47,886 nucleotides of DNA, taken from the NCBI GenBank assembly GCA_025464895.1, contig JAODMG010000102.1:1-47886 (forward strand). The letters are read 5' to 3'. The notes beneath the pieces were generated by a model that was given only the letters and a program-made list of their open reading frames with translations, did not search any database and was not told the origin of the DNA. The stretch is from Microbacteriaceae bacterium. Its GTDB lineage: Bacteria > Actinomycetota > Actinomycetes > Actinomycetales > Microbacteriaceae. Positions 46,900 through 47,886 of the stretch are shown here, piece by piece; position 1 is the stretch's first letter, and the number at the start of each line of letters is the position of its first letter. Made by a program: the position numbers and the translations under genes.

Positions 46900-47564
46900 C
46901 CGCTTTACCCGATCGCGGCCGGTCGATCAGCGCCGGCCTGTCCATCGAAACAGCCACCCTCGGCGCCGCCTGGCTCGCCATCGCGCGGGAGATCATCGCG
47001 AGCGGGTCACCCAGCCGCTACGACGGACTCCCGATTCTCGAGCTCTCAAGAGTGACCATCAGCGTCGACCGCCCAGACTCCCGCGATCCGGTCATCCTTG
47101 AGCTCGCCGAGCCGGAGCGGCTGGCCTGGATGCACGCGAACTTCGTCGACCACTCGCGAGTTGAGGCACTCGGCAACGCCCGCAGCTATGCCAGCCGCCT
47201 CTACGACTATGCGGCGTCCGGCCGCGACCAGATCGCCTGGGTCATCGACCGCCTCCGGGATGATCCGTCCTCCCGCTCTGCGACGATCACCACCTTCGAG
47301 CCGCTGAGCGACACCAGCTACATCCCGTGCGTGAGTCTTCTCGATTTCTGGATTCGGGATGGCACGGTCGAGCTGGTCGCCTACGCCCACAGCATCGACT
47401 TCGGCGCGAAAGGCTACGGCAACCTGGTCGAAATGGCCTACCTGCAGGAGCGTGTGGCCGGCGCGCTCGGCCTGCCGGTCGGTTGCCTCGTCTTCTTCGT
47501 CAAATCGGCCCATGTCTACGACACCGAGCGCCAGTACATGGATGCGGTGTTCGCTGCCGGCTGA
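46896..47564 (+). CDS. Divergent thymidylate-synthase-fold protein (short, archaeal-ThyA-like), function uncertain
   Basis: SYASRL, DQIAWVIDRL..DPSSRSA, IPC, HSID, GN and SAHVY motifs appear in TS order; 222 aa from ATG 46896. Confidence 0.75.
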   Translation: MTALPDRGRSISAGLSIETATLGAAWLAIAREIIASGSPSRYDGLPILELSRVTISVDRPDSRDPVILELAEPERLAWMHANFVDHSRVEALGNARSYASRLYDYAASGRDQIAWVIDRLRDDPSSRSATITTFEPLSDTSYIPCVSLLDFWIRDGTVELVAYAHSIDFGAKGYGNLVEMAYLQERVAGALGLPVGCLVFFVKSAHVYDTERQYMDAVFAAG

Positions 47565-47575
47565 CCCCGATCGGA

Positions 47576-47605
47576 TTGCCGTGCCTCCTCTGAAAGAGCT
47601 AAGCT
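47576..47605 (+). promoter_or_regulatory. Candidate sigma-A promoter of rpsA
   Basis: TTGCCG-N18-TAAGCT, ending 137 nt before the rpsA ATG. Confidence 0.55.
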
Positions 47606-47742
47606 AGAACGTCACATTTGTGACGTCCTATCCGCCTGCCTGTTGCGGAACATCAAACGGTTCTACTCGTGTTCGCTGAACACACCGCAATGGGCCTGAA
47701 CGCTGTGCTTTTTCAGAGCACGTCCGCTGGAGCAACTACTAC

Positions 47743-47886
47743 ATGACAATCGCAACGACCGACAGGGCACCGAAGCAGGTCGCCATCAACGACATTGGAT
47801 CTGCTGAAGACTTTCTTGCCGCGGTCGAAAAGACGCTGAAGTTTTTCAACGACGGAGACCTCATCGAAGGTGTCGTCGTCAAAATC
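47743..47886 (+). CDS. rpsA: 30S ribosomal protein S1, N-terminus (3' truncated by window)
   Basis: Own translation gives MTIATTDRAPKQVAINDIGSAEDFLAAVEKTLKFFNDGDLIEGVVVKI, the actinobacterial S1 N-terminus; GGAG upstream. Confidence 0.95.
   Translation, partial: MTIATTDRAPKQVAINDIGSAEDFLAAVEKTLKFFNDGDLIEGVVVKI

Noticed and set aside
46896-47564. Calling the TS-fold gene thyA
   Set aside because: Invariant arginines are substituted and the bacterial N-terminal motif is missing

Overview
GC-rich actinobacterial chromosome segment; gene order and protein style suggest Microbacteriaceae (inference). The core backbone is 'trpE, two small membrane-protein genes, trpC-trpB-trpA-lgt-gltB-gltD-pyk on the left, and tRNA-Leu(CAA), an ANTAR regulator, a thioesterase, polA and rpsA' on the right. 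About 26 kb of accessory DNA lies between pyk and the tRNA 3' end. (i) A 13-kb, 12-gene catabolic cluster joins an amine gamma-glutamylation module (APC permease, GS-like ligase, class I GATase, PuuC-like ALDH), a P450/ferredoxin/reductase, an MppR-like acetoacetate-decarboxylase-fold enzyme and a homoprotocatechuate-like meta-cleavage module. Six copies of an 18-bp palindrome, a probable MarR operator, tie these together; this is the best candidate for an undescribed pathway. (ii) A hydrolase, a TetR/MFS pair and a GH15 gene. (iii) A thiamine cluster with two back-to-back TPP riboswitches and an antisense thiE. Right of polA are an orphan PTS IIA/HPr pair, DUF885, and a DUF4166-epimerase-divergent thymidylate-synthase-fold operon. 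All family calls come from motif recognition by eye; no database searches were run.
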